DNA from: Paraphysomonas bandaiensis
Lineage: Eukaryota; Protista; Chrysophyceae
Direction of reading: 5' to 3'
DNA length: 64,000 nt
Assembly (NCBI GenBank): GCA_965644295.1
Contig: CBFFRP010000152.1
Span: 170,151 to 234,150, forward strand
The notes under the pieces are model-generated. The model did no database searches. It was not told where the DNA came from and saw only the letters and a program-made list of their open reading frames with translations. A program made the position numbers and the translations under genes. This document shows, piece after piece, positions 12,202 through 24,259 of this stretch (its first letter is position 1; each line of letters opens with the position of its first letter).

Positions 12202-15200
12202 TTATGTGTCATTGTCAGAAGAGTCACCGGTGCTGTAAACAGTACTGGGATTGCTATCACATTCTGATGAGTGGTCACTACTGCAACTCTCATTGTTTGC
12301 GTTATGACTGTCGTGGCCATGCACATTACGTTCAAGAACAATTGCACCGGAGCTATTTTGTCTGATATATTGTTGCATTCCCTCTATATGATGACAGTTA
12401 ATAAAATCCAAATCATCCCACCCACAACGATCAAAAAACTTCCTCGGAATAAACCAAAAACGATCTGAAATTTGAGGCTTACCCACGACGACATCGCAAG
12501 AAGAATCTGGTATTATAAAAGCTGTGTCAATAATACTTTCAAAATTAATAATATCCTGAAAAAACTGAGGTTGTCGTCGCCTGTTGTAGCGCAGTACCTC
12601 CCACTTATATTTTGAAAACGGGTCAAGAATAGTGGTCGTACATTTTTCCATGTATTGAACAATATAGAGATATTTAGTGTTGTTGGCCGCTGACAACTGA
12701 AGCATCGATACTATTTGAGCAACTTGTATGTCTCCACTTTCCATTTGGATGCATATGAAATCAAAGCGTGGTTTTCGACTCTCTGCCCCTTTCATGGCAT
12801 GATGAGATCCTTTACCAATGCCACTCTCTTTGTTGGCATTGTAGGTGAGGGCCTGTATTAACTTCAACGAGATGTCACCACGTTGTAAACAGTTCCAGTT
12901 CTTATCACCAAGAGCTTGTTTACAAAAATCAGTAAGGGAGTTACTAGATAATTCCTTGTGTCCAATAAATTCTTCCAATTCTATTCCTTCTTCTTCACAA
13001 ATAAACAAGGAGTGGTTAGCATCAACACATAACCGCACATGTTTGACATTTCTCATGGGGTAAACTAGAACGACCTCCGGTGGAATTTCTGGCTTCAGAG
13101 AGTTTATGTATTCAGTGTCGTGTGTGTGGCACGCGGCTATAAACTCAAGTACTCGACAATGATCTTGGCATATTGCTAATGTTAGCATCTCCACATTAGA
13201 AGAAGTATACCTCCTGCTTGTGCGTCGCCAGTTTTCGGTTGTAAAATAGCGATTGCTTGATTCCCAAGTACCCGCATCAGACTTTGATAATGCCCCAAAC
13301 ATGGAAATATTAAGTGAAAGATGCATTACAGAATGGAGTTTGCGCATTAATGGACTTGATGGCTGGTTACCAAGAAGTGTTTGTTTCAAATCCCATACCA
13401 GTAAAACCTTAGCAACCATATCGTGGCACATACGGTCCACATTCAGGATGTCACCATCAGTAAAACAGCTTTTCTTGCACTCAAAATAGACGTTCAGCAC
13501 GGCTTTAATTGCTTGTAACACTTTCTTTGTTACATTGCCTAAACGCAGGTGCCGTGAATTTTTGCTGCAATAACTGTAGTTGGTATCTGTCGGTAGCACT
13601 TGACCATCCGTGCCAATCTAATGTAAAAAGGTGATGTCAAGCACATAATATAGAGAATACAATTTAGAAAAACATACCGCAAACAGAAGTTGCAATAGTG
13701 CCGTGATGAATTCACTTGATCTATATCCACCTCCGGAACCAGTCGAGTGGCCCTTTTCCTTTTTACTTTTATTGCTCATAATGTGCATCAAGCCTTTCTT
13801 GAAGACTGTCCAATTCACGTGTGGCATATCAGGAACCTGAGGCATCAACTTAAGTCTGGCATCCAACACGCCCTTAATATTTCGAAATGTTCGGTCTACT
13901 GTTGTGCTAATACTGTCAACAACGCTAAGAATCCATAAAACAAGACTTTTTGCAATACCAGCACAAAACAGGTGAAATAAGTCTTGAGGATTATTGAAGC
14001 AATGGTTGTTGTAGCCCATAAACGCATGATGGAAGGCGTTTACAAACGGCATGATGCATCTATTATCAAGTAACTTACGAACATACTTCTCTTCTTTGTC
14101 TGATAGCTGACCACTATTCACATTTCGGCACTGTTCAGCAATGGCATTGCCATCTCTCCTCGGATGAAGGTCTGGGTTATAAAAAACACCGGCCCTCAGA
14201 GGATACTCACATGTAACACATGCAAAGCGGGAATTTCCTTCGTATAAGCCAAACTGTCGATGGATGGCCGGGTCATCTCCAATGCTAAAAGGATGAAAGG
14301 TATAAACGGTAATTAAACCCTTTCCTAACACATACATCTCTGCACCTCTAGAAGAAGCAGCTTTGAGAGGAGCCGTAACCATACTCCAGAATTCTTTTTC
14401 CAAGTGCAAGTTAAACCACCTGACTTCCTTCCCTGCTGCGGTTCGGCTCATTCCACGTTCCATCAAATGAGAAATCAGAGCTTCGACACTTATCGTGCTT
14501 GTGATGTCAGGAATAAAACCTAAGCAAAACTTTGCAATATTTTTCCGAATTAACTCATCGCTGAAATTGCCGCATGTCCCCAGGACTGGCACAGACTTGA
14601 TGTTGGCACCATGCCCCATAGCAACCCCGTCATGATACAGTAGACATGGCATTAATTTGCCTTCAGGATTTTTTTCTTGGCGTATAACTCGCTCCGTGTT
14701 CTTCGCCCAGGATGATGACATGAGATCACCAACATAGTTCTCACCAGTATTAATATCTGTCATGGAAAATGTATCATAATGAACGTGCTCTTTCCACGAG
14801 AACTGAATTGTCGGGTCGACGGCCAGATAACTTAGCATTTCCAATGGGTCTCGTGCTCGAACAATGATTTCGTCAGGTTTCTGTCCAGAAATTTTCCAAG
14901 ATTCCATTTCCCACGAAGATGGCCAACCTATAGACTTTTCAACATATCTGTAATGTTGTGTTCTCTTTTTGAAATTCGACACAACTGTCTTCCATGATTT
15001 TGGAAGTTCTTCACAAGGTTTGAATAAGCGAATCAATTCCAGAAGTGCATCTCCTGTAGATCGGCTTAACTTGCACTTTCTTCCAAATGCATACAACTTG
15101 AGAAGCAAAATATCTGACATGTTATGATTACTCGAAGTGCTGACAGCTTCAATAAAGCTTTCAAGATTCATAGCTCCCAATGCATCCACGCCATAAGACT

Positions 15201-15579
15201 TGTCGTAAAACACTTCCTGGAGCTTCTTATACGTGGAGAGTGGTTTGTCTTCCGCGTCATAATCTGGATGACAGATTGGAAACTCTGTATTTCCAGTTGG
15301 GCTTGCTTCCTCCAGTCTCTGATGTTGCCACATGTACATAGGAATTGATGAGTCCTCACAGTCACTGTACTCATCAATTCCACTGTCATCTTGATTGTAA
15401 TCATCATGAATAGTGTAAGCCTGAGGTCCATATGCAGCTTTTCGTTTCTTAGAATACTGCTCTGATGTACAAATCTCTGATTCTGAAGACAGTGGCGAGC
15501 AGTATCTTCCATGGTTCCCCAGACTCTGACTTGAACTGAATATTCCCTGACATATTGCGCATTTCCACAAGCTGTCCAT
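12202..15579 (-). CDS. Plavaka-type transposase (~1105 aa); exons 15579-13678 and 13617-12202
   Basis: N-terminal zinc finger CAICQGIFSSSQSLGNHGRYC; Plavaka-like core LLYHDG...VPVLGTCGN...KFCLGFIP, GDDPA, CVTC, DLFHLFCAG. A 60-nt GTATGT...TAG intron (13677-13618) joins the 653-aa and 465-aa ORFs in frame. Confidence 0.85.
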
Positions 15580-15859
15580 AATATACTGCTACGATCGTAA
15601 TACGTATCTACTGCTATCTGTTATACGGTACAGCAGTATACTACAGTGTTGTATATAAAAACGAGTGCACGATTATAGCACACACTTCCTGGACTTCTCT
15701 CGAAGTTGACTTCGAAGAAGTGCATCACATAACTACATATATGAAAGAAAGAAGCAAAGAGGCGAAGTGTGAGTATGTGAATATATTCAGAGAGTATGCG
15801 AATATTTGAATTTCAAACATGTGAATTCATGGTGACTTAATGCCACAATTTACTCTGAG

Positions 15860-17412
15860 ATGCCCCTGCGAAAACGAACTGCATCTGCTGTGTCTGCGAG
15901 GGCACAGAAAAGGCCTTGTCAACAGCAATCCATCGTGGACGACAACTTCGCCGCCGAACAGTCAGATGCTTCACCTCGAGAAGCCAGGATGCCTCCATGT
16001 AACTCTTCGTCCAACTCGACAGTGTACACGACTTTCAGGCATAAGAAAGTCCAGTCCAGGATTTTGGCGACGGTTCTCACAACGAATGAGCTGTGCATTG
16101 GACGCCAGAGCGCCGAAAAACTCTCCACTCTTCCAGGATTCCGTGCTTATCACAAAGAGATGATGTATGAACGTCTCTTTGTTAAACTGGACACAGGAGA
16201 TGTGGTTTCAGTGGAAGAGCACTTCGACCTATTGATTCAGCTGATTTTGGTGGTGATTTCAAAGGAGGGGGTTGCAACTCAAGCTCCTCATAACAAGGTT
16301 ATTCATGTTGTTTTCTCTGCCACATATCTTGAATCATATAGCATCACATATCATCATATATTGTATACCCTCACATCATCAAATACCATCCTCCTTTTAT
16401 CATGTATTAACATATCGTACACCGTTATATTATACATTTCATATCTATCATTGTATTAGATACCTCTTGTGTTTTTTGAACAACCATATCAAATATTATG
16501 ATATCGTATGATATACATCGTATAACATATATTTTATACCATTCATTATTGTATCATTACGTTATATATATATCATATCATACAGTACAGCATAATATAT
16601 ATATCGTGCCGCATCGCATTTTACAGTGCCCAGTCATCTGCTACTATTATATTATTATTGTGAATAACACACTAGTAGGCATTATCTCTCGCTTATAAAG
16701 AAGGTGCTTTGCAAGCTGATGAAAAATTGTTAGCAAGTGAGGTGGTGTCTGCATTTTCGGCGTGCAAGTATATACTGCTCATATTATTTACTTTTTTCTA
16801 ATATCATTGCAGGTATGTCAAGAAGTATATTCGCAAATTGTCGTGTAATTTGAAGACCAAGATTAGATGTTGTCACGCCAAGCTGTTCTCCACACAGCCT
16901 TTGTGGGCGACTGCATCATTTAGACGGGAATTAGCCGAAGTATTGGAAAATGGTAAGTATTTATTATATTGTGCCAATTGATGTAATTCTGTTGAAAAGG
17001 TATTAGTCCACGAAAGTATCAAGTGGACAACAAGGGGTCATATATGCAGACTGCCATCGAGGCAGTATGCATCATGATTGGAGCTTACGACTTCGACGAA
17101 AACGAAGGTCCTGGGGCCTTTATGGGCCAGACTAGCATCATGGTTGAGTCAACGGCTCAACAGATGCTTTTAGGTCCTCCACGAGAAGCATGGACATCTG
17201 AAATTTGCTCCAGAGCGACCGACGGTATGAATCCTATTCGGGATTCCCGGCGTGAGCTTGTGATAAGTGACAGTGATTTGAATTTTTTCAAGAATGAAAG
17301 GTTAGTATGGTTCAAACGTTGGGGTATGGTTCAAACGTTGGGGAAGTCGAAGAAGGACGACGACAGTCTGAACAATGACGATACTTCCCTGTTAACTTCA
17401 GATTGGCGGTGA
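15860..17412 (+). CDS. Second, spliced gene of the Plavaka element (function unknown; TnpA-like position)
   Basis: ATG 15860 (MPLRKRTAS...). The coding-like first exon ends ~16297, followed by an AT-rich intron, short exons ~16680-16767 and ~16813-16951, and a last exon ending at TGA 17412. Exact junctions are uncertain. Confidence 0.6.
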
Positions 17413-17673
17413 AGGCTTCTGAAGTGCACAATGCTTCTACTTCTTAGCAGGTGATTGGGAGCTAGCTTACGATGTGGTTCAAATTTGTCGTGGTATGTAT
17501 TTTGTAGGTTCTAAGTAGTAATTGCCGTTAATTTTTACTTCGAACTATGTTAATGCCGTCTATATTAATTGAATACATAGTTTGTCTACTCATTCATGAT
17601 TACAGATCTGCATTGCTTGCTTTTTCTACTTTGCAATATATATATTATACTGTGTTTATTATTGCTAATTATA

Positions 17674-18020
17674 GTACCTATAGGTAGTATTGGTATTATA
17701 TTTTTAGGTAGTACCTATAGGTAGTATTGATACATGTAGGCAGTACCTATAGGTACATTTTAATATAAATAGGGATACCTATCAGTAGGAAATCTAGAGG
17801 TCATAGGTACCACCTATAGGGAGACGAATAGGTACGTGTATTAGGGGGTACCTATAGGTATACTGGGTAGCTATAGGTGGTACCTATTCGAAAACCTTTA
17901 GGTACCACCTATTGCTCAAAAATGTACCTATAGGTAGACAGAGGTACCTAATAGGTACCTTCGATTTTAATTATAAAAGTACCTATAGGTATACCTATAG
18001 GTAGGTACCTATAGGTACTC
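17674..18020. repeat. Right subterminal array of ACCTATAGGT motifs
   Basis: Same motif as 11751-12035, about a dozen copies, ending next to the right TIR. Confidence 0.9.
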
Positions 18021-19038
18021 AGCGGGAGTCCCACCGATGTACAAAATTTTCCATTTTACTGCTAAACTAAACACTGCCATATGTTTTATGTTCCCACGTA
18101 CTGAACTAAATATGGCAGTTGAGCCGTATTGAAATATACAAAATCGATAAAAATTTTAAATTAGTAGGAATGTCTGAAAAATTTATTAGATTCAGCTGCG
18201 ATTTTTTATTTAATTGGAACGTTGGCAAAATTAAGAAGGAAGATATGACACTTTTTATTAACTAAAGCTTTTAATTAGTGCAATATTGACTGATTGATAT
18301 TATAGGAGATATAGTAAAGTTATGATGTTGTAGCACTGTGAGTTAGGAACCACGTCATTCACCAACATCAACATTCTGTTCTACAAATCGTATCTTTATC
18401 AGCTACTATATTTTCAGTTTCTTTGTATACTTGCAATAGCTACTCCTATATGTAGTCATGTATATTCTGTATTTCAGTGCTACATAGAATACAGGATAAC
18501 TACTAGAGATTGGCTTTACCAAACTTCAAGTACGCACGTAGGAGTTGGTTGTAGTTCAATACTTTTTTAGTTTAGTAGGAGCGTCGGATAAGTTAGTAGG
18601 AGGGACAAAATATTTCCTGAGTGAAGCTAAATAAATATTTTCTATGTTATAGAGTTATCTTCTTTTAACAAGGAGAGTTGTCTAATCGAAGAGAGAGCCC
18701 CTCAGTGGATTTATTTATAGTCTGCTTTGCTATTTTGTTGTGAATGTTGAGTTTTGCTGCTTGTGAACAATTAAAGTTGTATTCAAAGGTATTAGAATTG
18801 TCATTGTTAATGGAAGAATACAGTTAATGGTTAACTGTATTATGAAGACAAATGTCATAATAGTAATCATAGTTGTGAAACTGAAATATATATATTGACT
18901 GTATAAGATCGTGTTATTATATCTAAGATCCTCCAGCACCAAAGTCGGTGTTATGTGAGATAATTACTGGATATATTTCTCCGGGAAACTAATGTGAGAT
19001 ATATTAAATATTTAGGCCCACTCATTGTTGGAATACGT

Positions 19039-19853
19039 CTATATATGAAAGTCTGATTATTACGTGAGTACGGTTGCGTACAGAAACTAGTTTATGTCTA
19101 TAGACTAGCTAATAACTAGATTTGCTATGTACTACTAGTGGCGGGCAACCGTCTCGGGACTGCTTGTGCATCGCCCCGTCCCTTGTAGTGAGGTTAGTCG
19201 GGGGGTCTACCTTTGGGCAATGTGTCTGGCGGGCCTGTGCCATGGATTATGTGGGGGGTGGGTAATGCGAGATGTATATGAGAGTGCAAGTCGGTGGTGG
19301 AGATGGTGCTGGTTTGTGGGGTGTGCACAGTCTGCGCATGTGGAAGCTGTTGTTAATACTGCGGGTCTCGTTGCGTTTGTGCAGCATACATGCTATCTCG
19401 TCGGAGGGTGTACTGATGGAGGTCCCACTGGTGGTGGAGATCTGTAACGTCTCCTAGCATAGGACCGAGGTCTGTGAGGAGGTGTGTATCGTATCTACGC
19501 CAGTGCCATTGACCCGTGGTGAAGAATTCTTCCAGTATGTGCGTAGCGTCAGTTGTAACAACACTGTAGTTGGAGGCTCCGAGCACTCTGTCTAGTGTCT
19601 TCCAATCGCCGCTGGCGGCGGCGTCAGCTATATAAATGCCGTGGTCAGTGCAGGTCCAGTTGCGTTGATCTTGTGTTCTACGTTCGGGGTGCGAGCGCGT
19701 CCATTGTATTGGACGCTGTTTAAGAGCTGTGGTGGCGAGGCATTCGTAAAATATTCCCTGGGGCTTTGTTCCGAGGGCGCGCCGTCTGTGTGAGAGGGCC
19801 TCTTTGGTCCGCGTCTGTACCGCCTGGCAGTCAGTCCAGATTGGCACGGAAGA
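19039..19853 (-). mobile_element. 5'-truncated, internally deleted non-LTR retrotransposon copy (RNase H fragment plus 3' end)
   Basis: TDCQAV...WTRSHPERRT...GIYIADA matches the RNase H region of ORF 57136-62184; C-terminal PKGRP(P)D-like end; 3' end aataatcagactttca; 12-bp TSD GTTGGAATACGT at 19027-19038 and 19854-19865. Confidence 0.9.
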
Positions 19854-20400
19854 GTTGGAATACGTATGGTTCTCTAAGATAGTATTGTAGAACACGTTTA
19901 ATACAATAATGTGAAAAACAGTAATACGCAGTCAATAGTCAAAAATGCTATATAGCTATAACTGTGTGAAACTGAAGTTGAATAACATGACAATTCGAAA
20001 TACGGAAGTTGAGCAGTGGTTGACATGAACGAAATAAATTATCATGTTGTTGACATGTCTTACATCATGACAACACACACAATTGTGTATATATGCAATT
20101 ATAATAACATCATCTATCTAGTTTTGACTAACTTTAACTTCTCTTAAAACGATCTTCATTTGTCTCAAATGATCAATAGTCAATACTCATAGATAGCCGA
20201 ATACTTGTGTGGTACAATGCTTGCTGTGGAATACAGCAAAAGTGACTTTGATCATAAGCATATTGCATATTACTATATAATATATGTTTCTACTTATTAA
20301 ATCTCAGCAGAGAGTGATAATCTTGTTCAGTTTATGTCATTTTCTAACAATGAACGCATTAAATAAATCGAGTTCAGTTTTAAAAATACGTTTAAAAATT

Positions 20401-21269
20401 AGTCTGTTGTCGTCTAGAAAAGTAAAAATAACGCACTAAAAGTGAAGAAAATTGAAGCATATTTTGTTCTTATATAGATGTTATAGAATAAGTGTGGAGC
20501 TTGACTCCTCGGCTTCTTTAGAACTAATTATGTTTTCACGCATGTGCTATACACTCTCTTGCATGTGCTCTCTTAAAGACAGCAAAAGAGTCGATTTCGA
20601 CGCTTCTTCACTGTAGGCCATAACCTTTTGCAAGACCTTCATCCACATACCTCCGAGCCACTTGGCACAATGCCTAAAGGAAGGCCACCAGATCGCCAAT
20701 ATAAGCAGGGTATAGTACTGTGTTCCCCTGGTTGCCGTGAGGTACATAAGGCAGTCCCCGATGCAAATTGCACACAATGTATGTGTAGTCTTAAGCGTTC
20801 CAGTGTTGTAGTAGTAGACTTAGATCACTGCTTTCACTTGTCATGCTGTACGTTGCACAACGTGTCCCCTACATACACATCTATCATATAGCGCCGGTGA
20901 GTCCTAGGACACACGACAATGGCGAAACTCGCAATCAACATCAAGAACGGAAGTGGTCGCACCTTGGTGCTTGCGGCGACGCACAAGCAGCTTCTGTAGC
21001 GTTATATAGTAGGATAATGGAATTTGTGCTGGTTAGTTATGGGTAGAGGTCTAACTAGTATGTCTAGCATTCAACTAGCCACTATATTCAACGTCTATTG
21101 CTAAATAAAAAGACTTTCAACAAATAAGTCTGTTGTCGTCTAGAAAAGTAAAAATAACGCACTAAAAGTGAAGAAAATTGAAGCATATTTTGTTCTTATG
21201 TAGCTGTTATAGAATAAGTGCGGAGCTTGACTCCTCGGCTTCTTAGAACTAATTATGTTTTCACGCATG
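20401..21269. repeat. ~144-bp direct repeat (20401-20544 / 21127-21269), probable long target-site duplication
   Basis: agtctgttgtcgtctagaaaag...gttttcacgcatg occurs twice with ~3 substitutions and 1 indel, exactly bracketing the LINE fragment. Confidence 0.9.
20545..21126 (+). mobile_element. Short 3' fragment of the same LINE lineage
   Basis: PKGRPPD motif, then a 3' UTR (20889-21120) that closely matches 62181-62420; flanked by ~144-bp direct repeats. Confidence 0.88.
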
Positions 21270-21495
21270 AGATAAATAGCATTTGACGATAAAAGTAACT
21301 TTGTGACTTAACCGATTGCTAATACCTACATTTTTCTAGTTTAGGTTCGGCACTTACACTACACTCCCATAAACCAGCAGCCAGACAATAACAACTCATG
21401 CGATAGTATAATATACTGCAGACTACGAACTAAACAGAGCATTAATATCGCAATACATCCCTTAACGCTGTTGTCAAAGTGCCCAGATCAAATTA

Positions 21496-22551
21496 TTAAA
21501 TTTCACAGAAACCGTTTTCATTTAAAAATTGTTGAAGCGCGGCATCAACCTCATCTCTAATATACGGTTGTGGATGAAGTAGTTTTATTGATACCTGAAG
21601 CAAATCTACTGCATCGTTGTAGTGCACAACTTGTTTTCCACTTTCGTTCTGCGCAATACTATAAATCTTTTCTTCGTTTGGCGGTGAGGCAGACGGCATA
21701 GAACCACAATTCTCAAGGGCTTCAGAAGCGGCATCTAATGGTAAATGATTAACTAACTTTCCGTCTACTCGAAATGCAGCACGTAGTGCCACAAACGTTT
21801 CATAAAAATCTTGCCGCCATTTTGTCATCTCTTTATTGTGTTCACACTGCATACAGTATGGTGGGAAATACGAAGTGCCACTCCGACAGTGTAGAAGTCG
21901 TCCCTCAGATGCATAACGAGCCAATGCACAGTCTCCACAGTACGCTGCTCCGGGTATGGAAACCCATCCGTATCGTGAATCAAATAAGCAGTCATCATGC
22001 CCTTCTGTACACCCTGGAGGAGATACGCGCATACTTCCAACTCCACCGGAGGAGTCAAATACACCCATACAAATACAGCACATAGAGATGTCACTTTCAT
22101 CGGTGCTCTTATCGGTGGGCACCCATGGTACTAGATCATCAAGTGTAAGTGAACATTGTGCTGACAAACCTACTGTACGATATACAATTATATGATCTCC
22201 AGTATATTCAGTAATCCGACAGAATGTCTTATGAAAATGTAGTACAGATGGATCATGAAAACAACTATGACAAAGTTCAGGACATCCAGCAGGACGACCA
22301 CAATAATCATTATCATAATTCCAATTACAAGACATACATATATATCTATCTAATGGATGATTATATTGTGTTAATTTATTAAAACATGATGTACAACTAA
22401 TCACCGCACAATCTGATGTATAACAACAGGCTTTATTACATATTGAATGATATGATCTCATCCATTGCATCATATTATCTGTTATAGGTGCATGTGATAA
22501 GGATGATTTCCATAGATTAATATCTGTATAAACAGGTTCTGATGTGTTCAT
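21496..22551 (-). CDS. Cys-rich protein with a ZZ-type zinc finger and a RING-like finger (351 aa)
   Basis: Single ORF; CTSC...RYICMSC...ELCHSCF...HFH fits ZZ spacing; second cluster CCIC...C..GH...YCGDC...CMQC. Confidence 0.65.
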   Translation of the reverse strand: MNTSEPVYTDINLWKSSLSHAPITDNMMQWMRSYHSICNKACCYTSDCAVISCTSCFNKLTQYNHPLDRYICMSCNWNYDNDYCGRPAGCPELCHSCFHDPSVLHFHKTFCRITEYTGDHIIVYRTVGLSAQCSLTLDDLVPWVPTDKSTDESDISMCCICMGVFDSSGGVGSMRVSPPGCTEGHDDCLFDSRYGWVSIPGAAYCGDCALARYASEGRLLHCRSGTSYFPPYCMQCEHNKEMTKWRQDFYETFVALRAAFRVDGKLVNHLPLDAASEALENCGSMPSASPPNEEKIYSIAQNESGKQVVHYNDAVDLLQVSIKLLHPQPYIRDEVDAALQQFLNENGFCEI

Positions 22552-23200
22552 GATATGTAGGAATATGTATCTATAATTATGAGTTCATAGAGATGTGATT
22601 CTTAGATATACATACATTGATACATACTCTTCTATACGTATGCATCTTATTTTTCGGGAATAAATTGAAGTAAATATACTCTATATTACTGCAATACAAC
22701 TACAACTGGAATACAGATAATTATTTTCTCAATATTAGAGGCATCTTGGAACAAAAATATACAAAGGATGCCGATACGTAGATGAGCTCATGGTCCTATG
22801 ATGTAGTAACTACAGGAATATGCGTATATACAGCAGTGTCCAATATGGATGTTGTGTAATAAAACTCCGGAAATTTGGTTTATAAGGAAAGAAATATCTG
22901 AAATTATTAACAAGAATGCCAAAAAATTGTATATTCTAGTCCATAATTGAGAATATACATGTGACTGTAGGTATACCGGTATACTGGTATACAGTCACTT
23001 CATGTATATGTACACACTTCCTACATACAGTACATATCTGGATAGTATCCATATGTTGAGTGCTGTAGGCTGTAGGAGGGAATTCCTACTACGAGCGATC
23101 CTACATACATGTGCAGTGTACTGACAACTGTCTCACTCATAACAATGTAGCAGTCCACACATATCAATAGCTATACCCTGTTCAATATAATCATCATATC

Positions 23201-24259
23201 ATGGCAGTAGATGCATTAACCACTAGTGAGAGAAAGAAATGGTTGGTAATTGATACAGATGCAGGAGTGGATGATGCATTTGCTATTGCAATGGCCCTAA
23301 AAACCGCCCATCAATATGGTTATGAGATTCGTGCTATTACTACTGTATTTGGAAATTGTAGTTTAGATCAGGTCATAAAAAATGTATCGAAAGTACGTGC
23401 TGCATGTGGTATGGATCTACACACAGGACCTCGAATATATCGTGGATGTGACGATCCAATTATTAAAGAATTTAAAATGGATGCTGCTTACTTTCATGGT
23501 AAAGATGGTCTCGGTAATAACGATTTTGTTGATGAAGATAGCGGTGTACTGGACGATGGTAATGATGCTGCTGGTCAATTGATCACAATATGTCGTGAAG
23601 CTAAACAATGCAATGCCGCAGTCACACTGTTAACACTTGGTCCACTTACAAACTTGGCAGCGGCTATTAAAATGGACGATAACCTCGTATTATCGATTGA
23701 TTCTTTGGTGATTATCGGGGGGTGCGGGAATGGGCATGGCAATGTCCGTCGTACGGCGGAATTCAATGTTGCAGCTGACCCTGAAGCAGCTGCCATTGTT
23801 TTCGATAACTTAGCAGCGAAAAGTAAGATATGCACAGTTGTAAGTTGGGAGCTTACCCTTGCGACGCCGATTCCTTGGGAGGTATTTGATGAGCTAAATA
23901 GTACAGAATCTGCTAAACGATCCAGGCTGAACAGATTTCTTCGAGAAATCTCGACCTTTTCGTATTGCCCCGGCAAAAGGGAGCCGATTCCTCACTTTTC
24001 TATTCCTGGGGAACATTTCAATGGGGCAGTTGTATGTGACGCCCTTGCCATGGCTGTTGCTCTTAATCCTGAGGCAATGATACGTTCATCACACACAGTT
24101 AATGCTGAAGTAGAGCTCTGTGGTACACTGACTAGAGGTCAGACTGTCGTAGATTGGGGTTGTTACGATGGCATTATCCGACCGAAGAATTGTAACTGGG
24201 TTATGGAGGCCAATAACGAGGCATATATCGAGATGTTTAAAGCTATATATGACCGCTAA
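23201..24259 (+). CDS. Inosine-uridine preferring nucleoside hydrolase
   Basis: DTDAGVDDA signature, HGKDGLG, LGPLTNLA, AEFNVAADPEAA, TRGQTVVDW. Confidence 0.95.
   Translation: MAVDALTTSERKKWLVIDTDAGVDDAFAIAMALKTAHQYGYEIRAITTVFGNCSLDQVIKNVSKVRAACGMDLHTGPRIYRGCDDPIIKEFKMDAAYFHGKDGLGNNDFVDEDSGVLDDGNDAAGQLITICREAKQCNAAVTLLTLGPLTNLAAAIKMDDNLVLSIDSLVIIGGCGNGHGNVRRTAEFNVAADPEAAAIVFDNLAAKSKICTVVSWELTLATPIPWEVFDELNSTESAKRSRLNRFLREISTFSYCPGKREPIPHFSIPGEHFNGAVVCDALAMAVALNPEAMIRSSHTVNAEVELCGTLTRGQTVVDWGCYDGIIRPKNCNWVMEANNEAYIEMFKAIYDR

Larger units (their letters stand above)
11731..18039. mobile_element. Plavaka/CMC (CACTA-like) DNA transposon, apparently complete, with two divergent genes
   Basis: TIR CATCGGTGGG (11731-11740) / CCCACCGATG (18030-18039), flanked by TA on both sides; palindromic ACCTATAGGT subterminal arrays at both ends; internal transposase. 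Confidence 0.9.

Noticed and set aside
20401-21269. 144-bp direct repeats as LTRs of a TRIM
   Set aside because: No TG...CA ends, PBS or PPT, and the interior is a LINE 3' end; a long TSD fits better.
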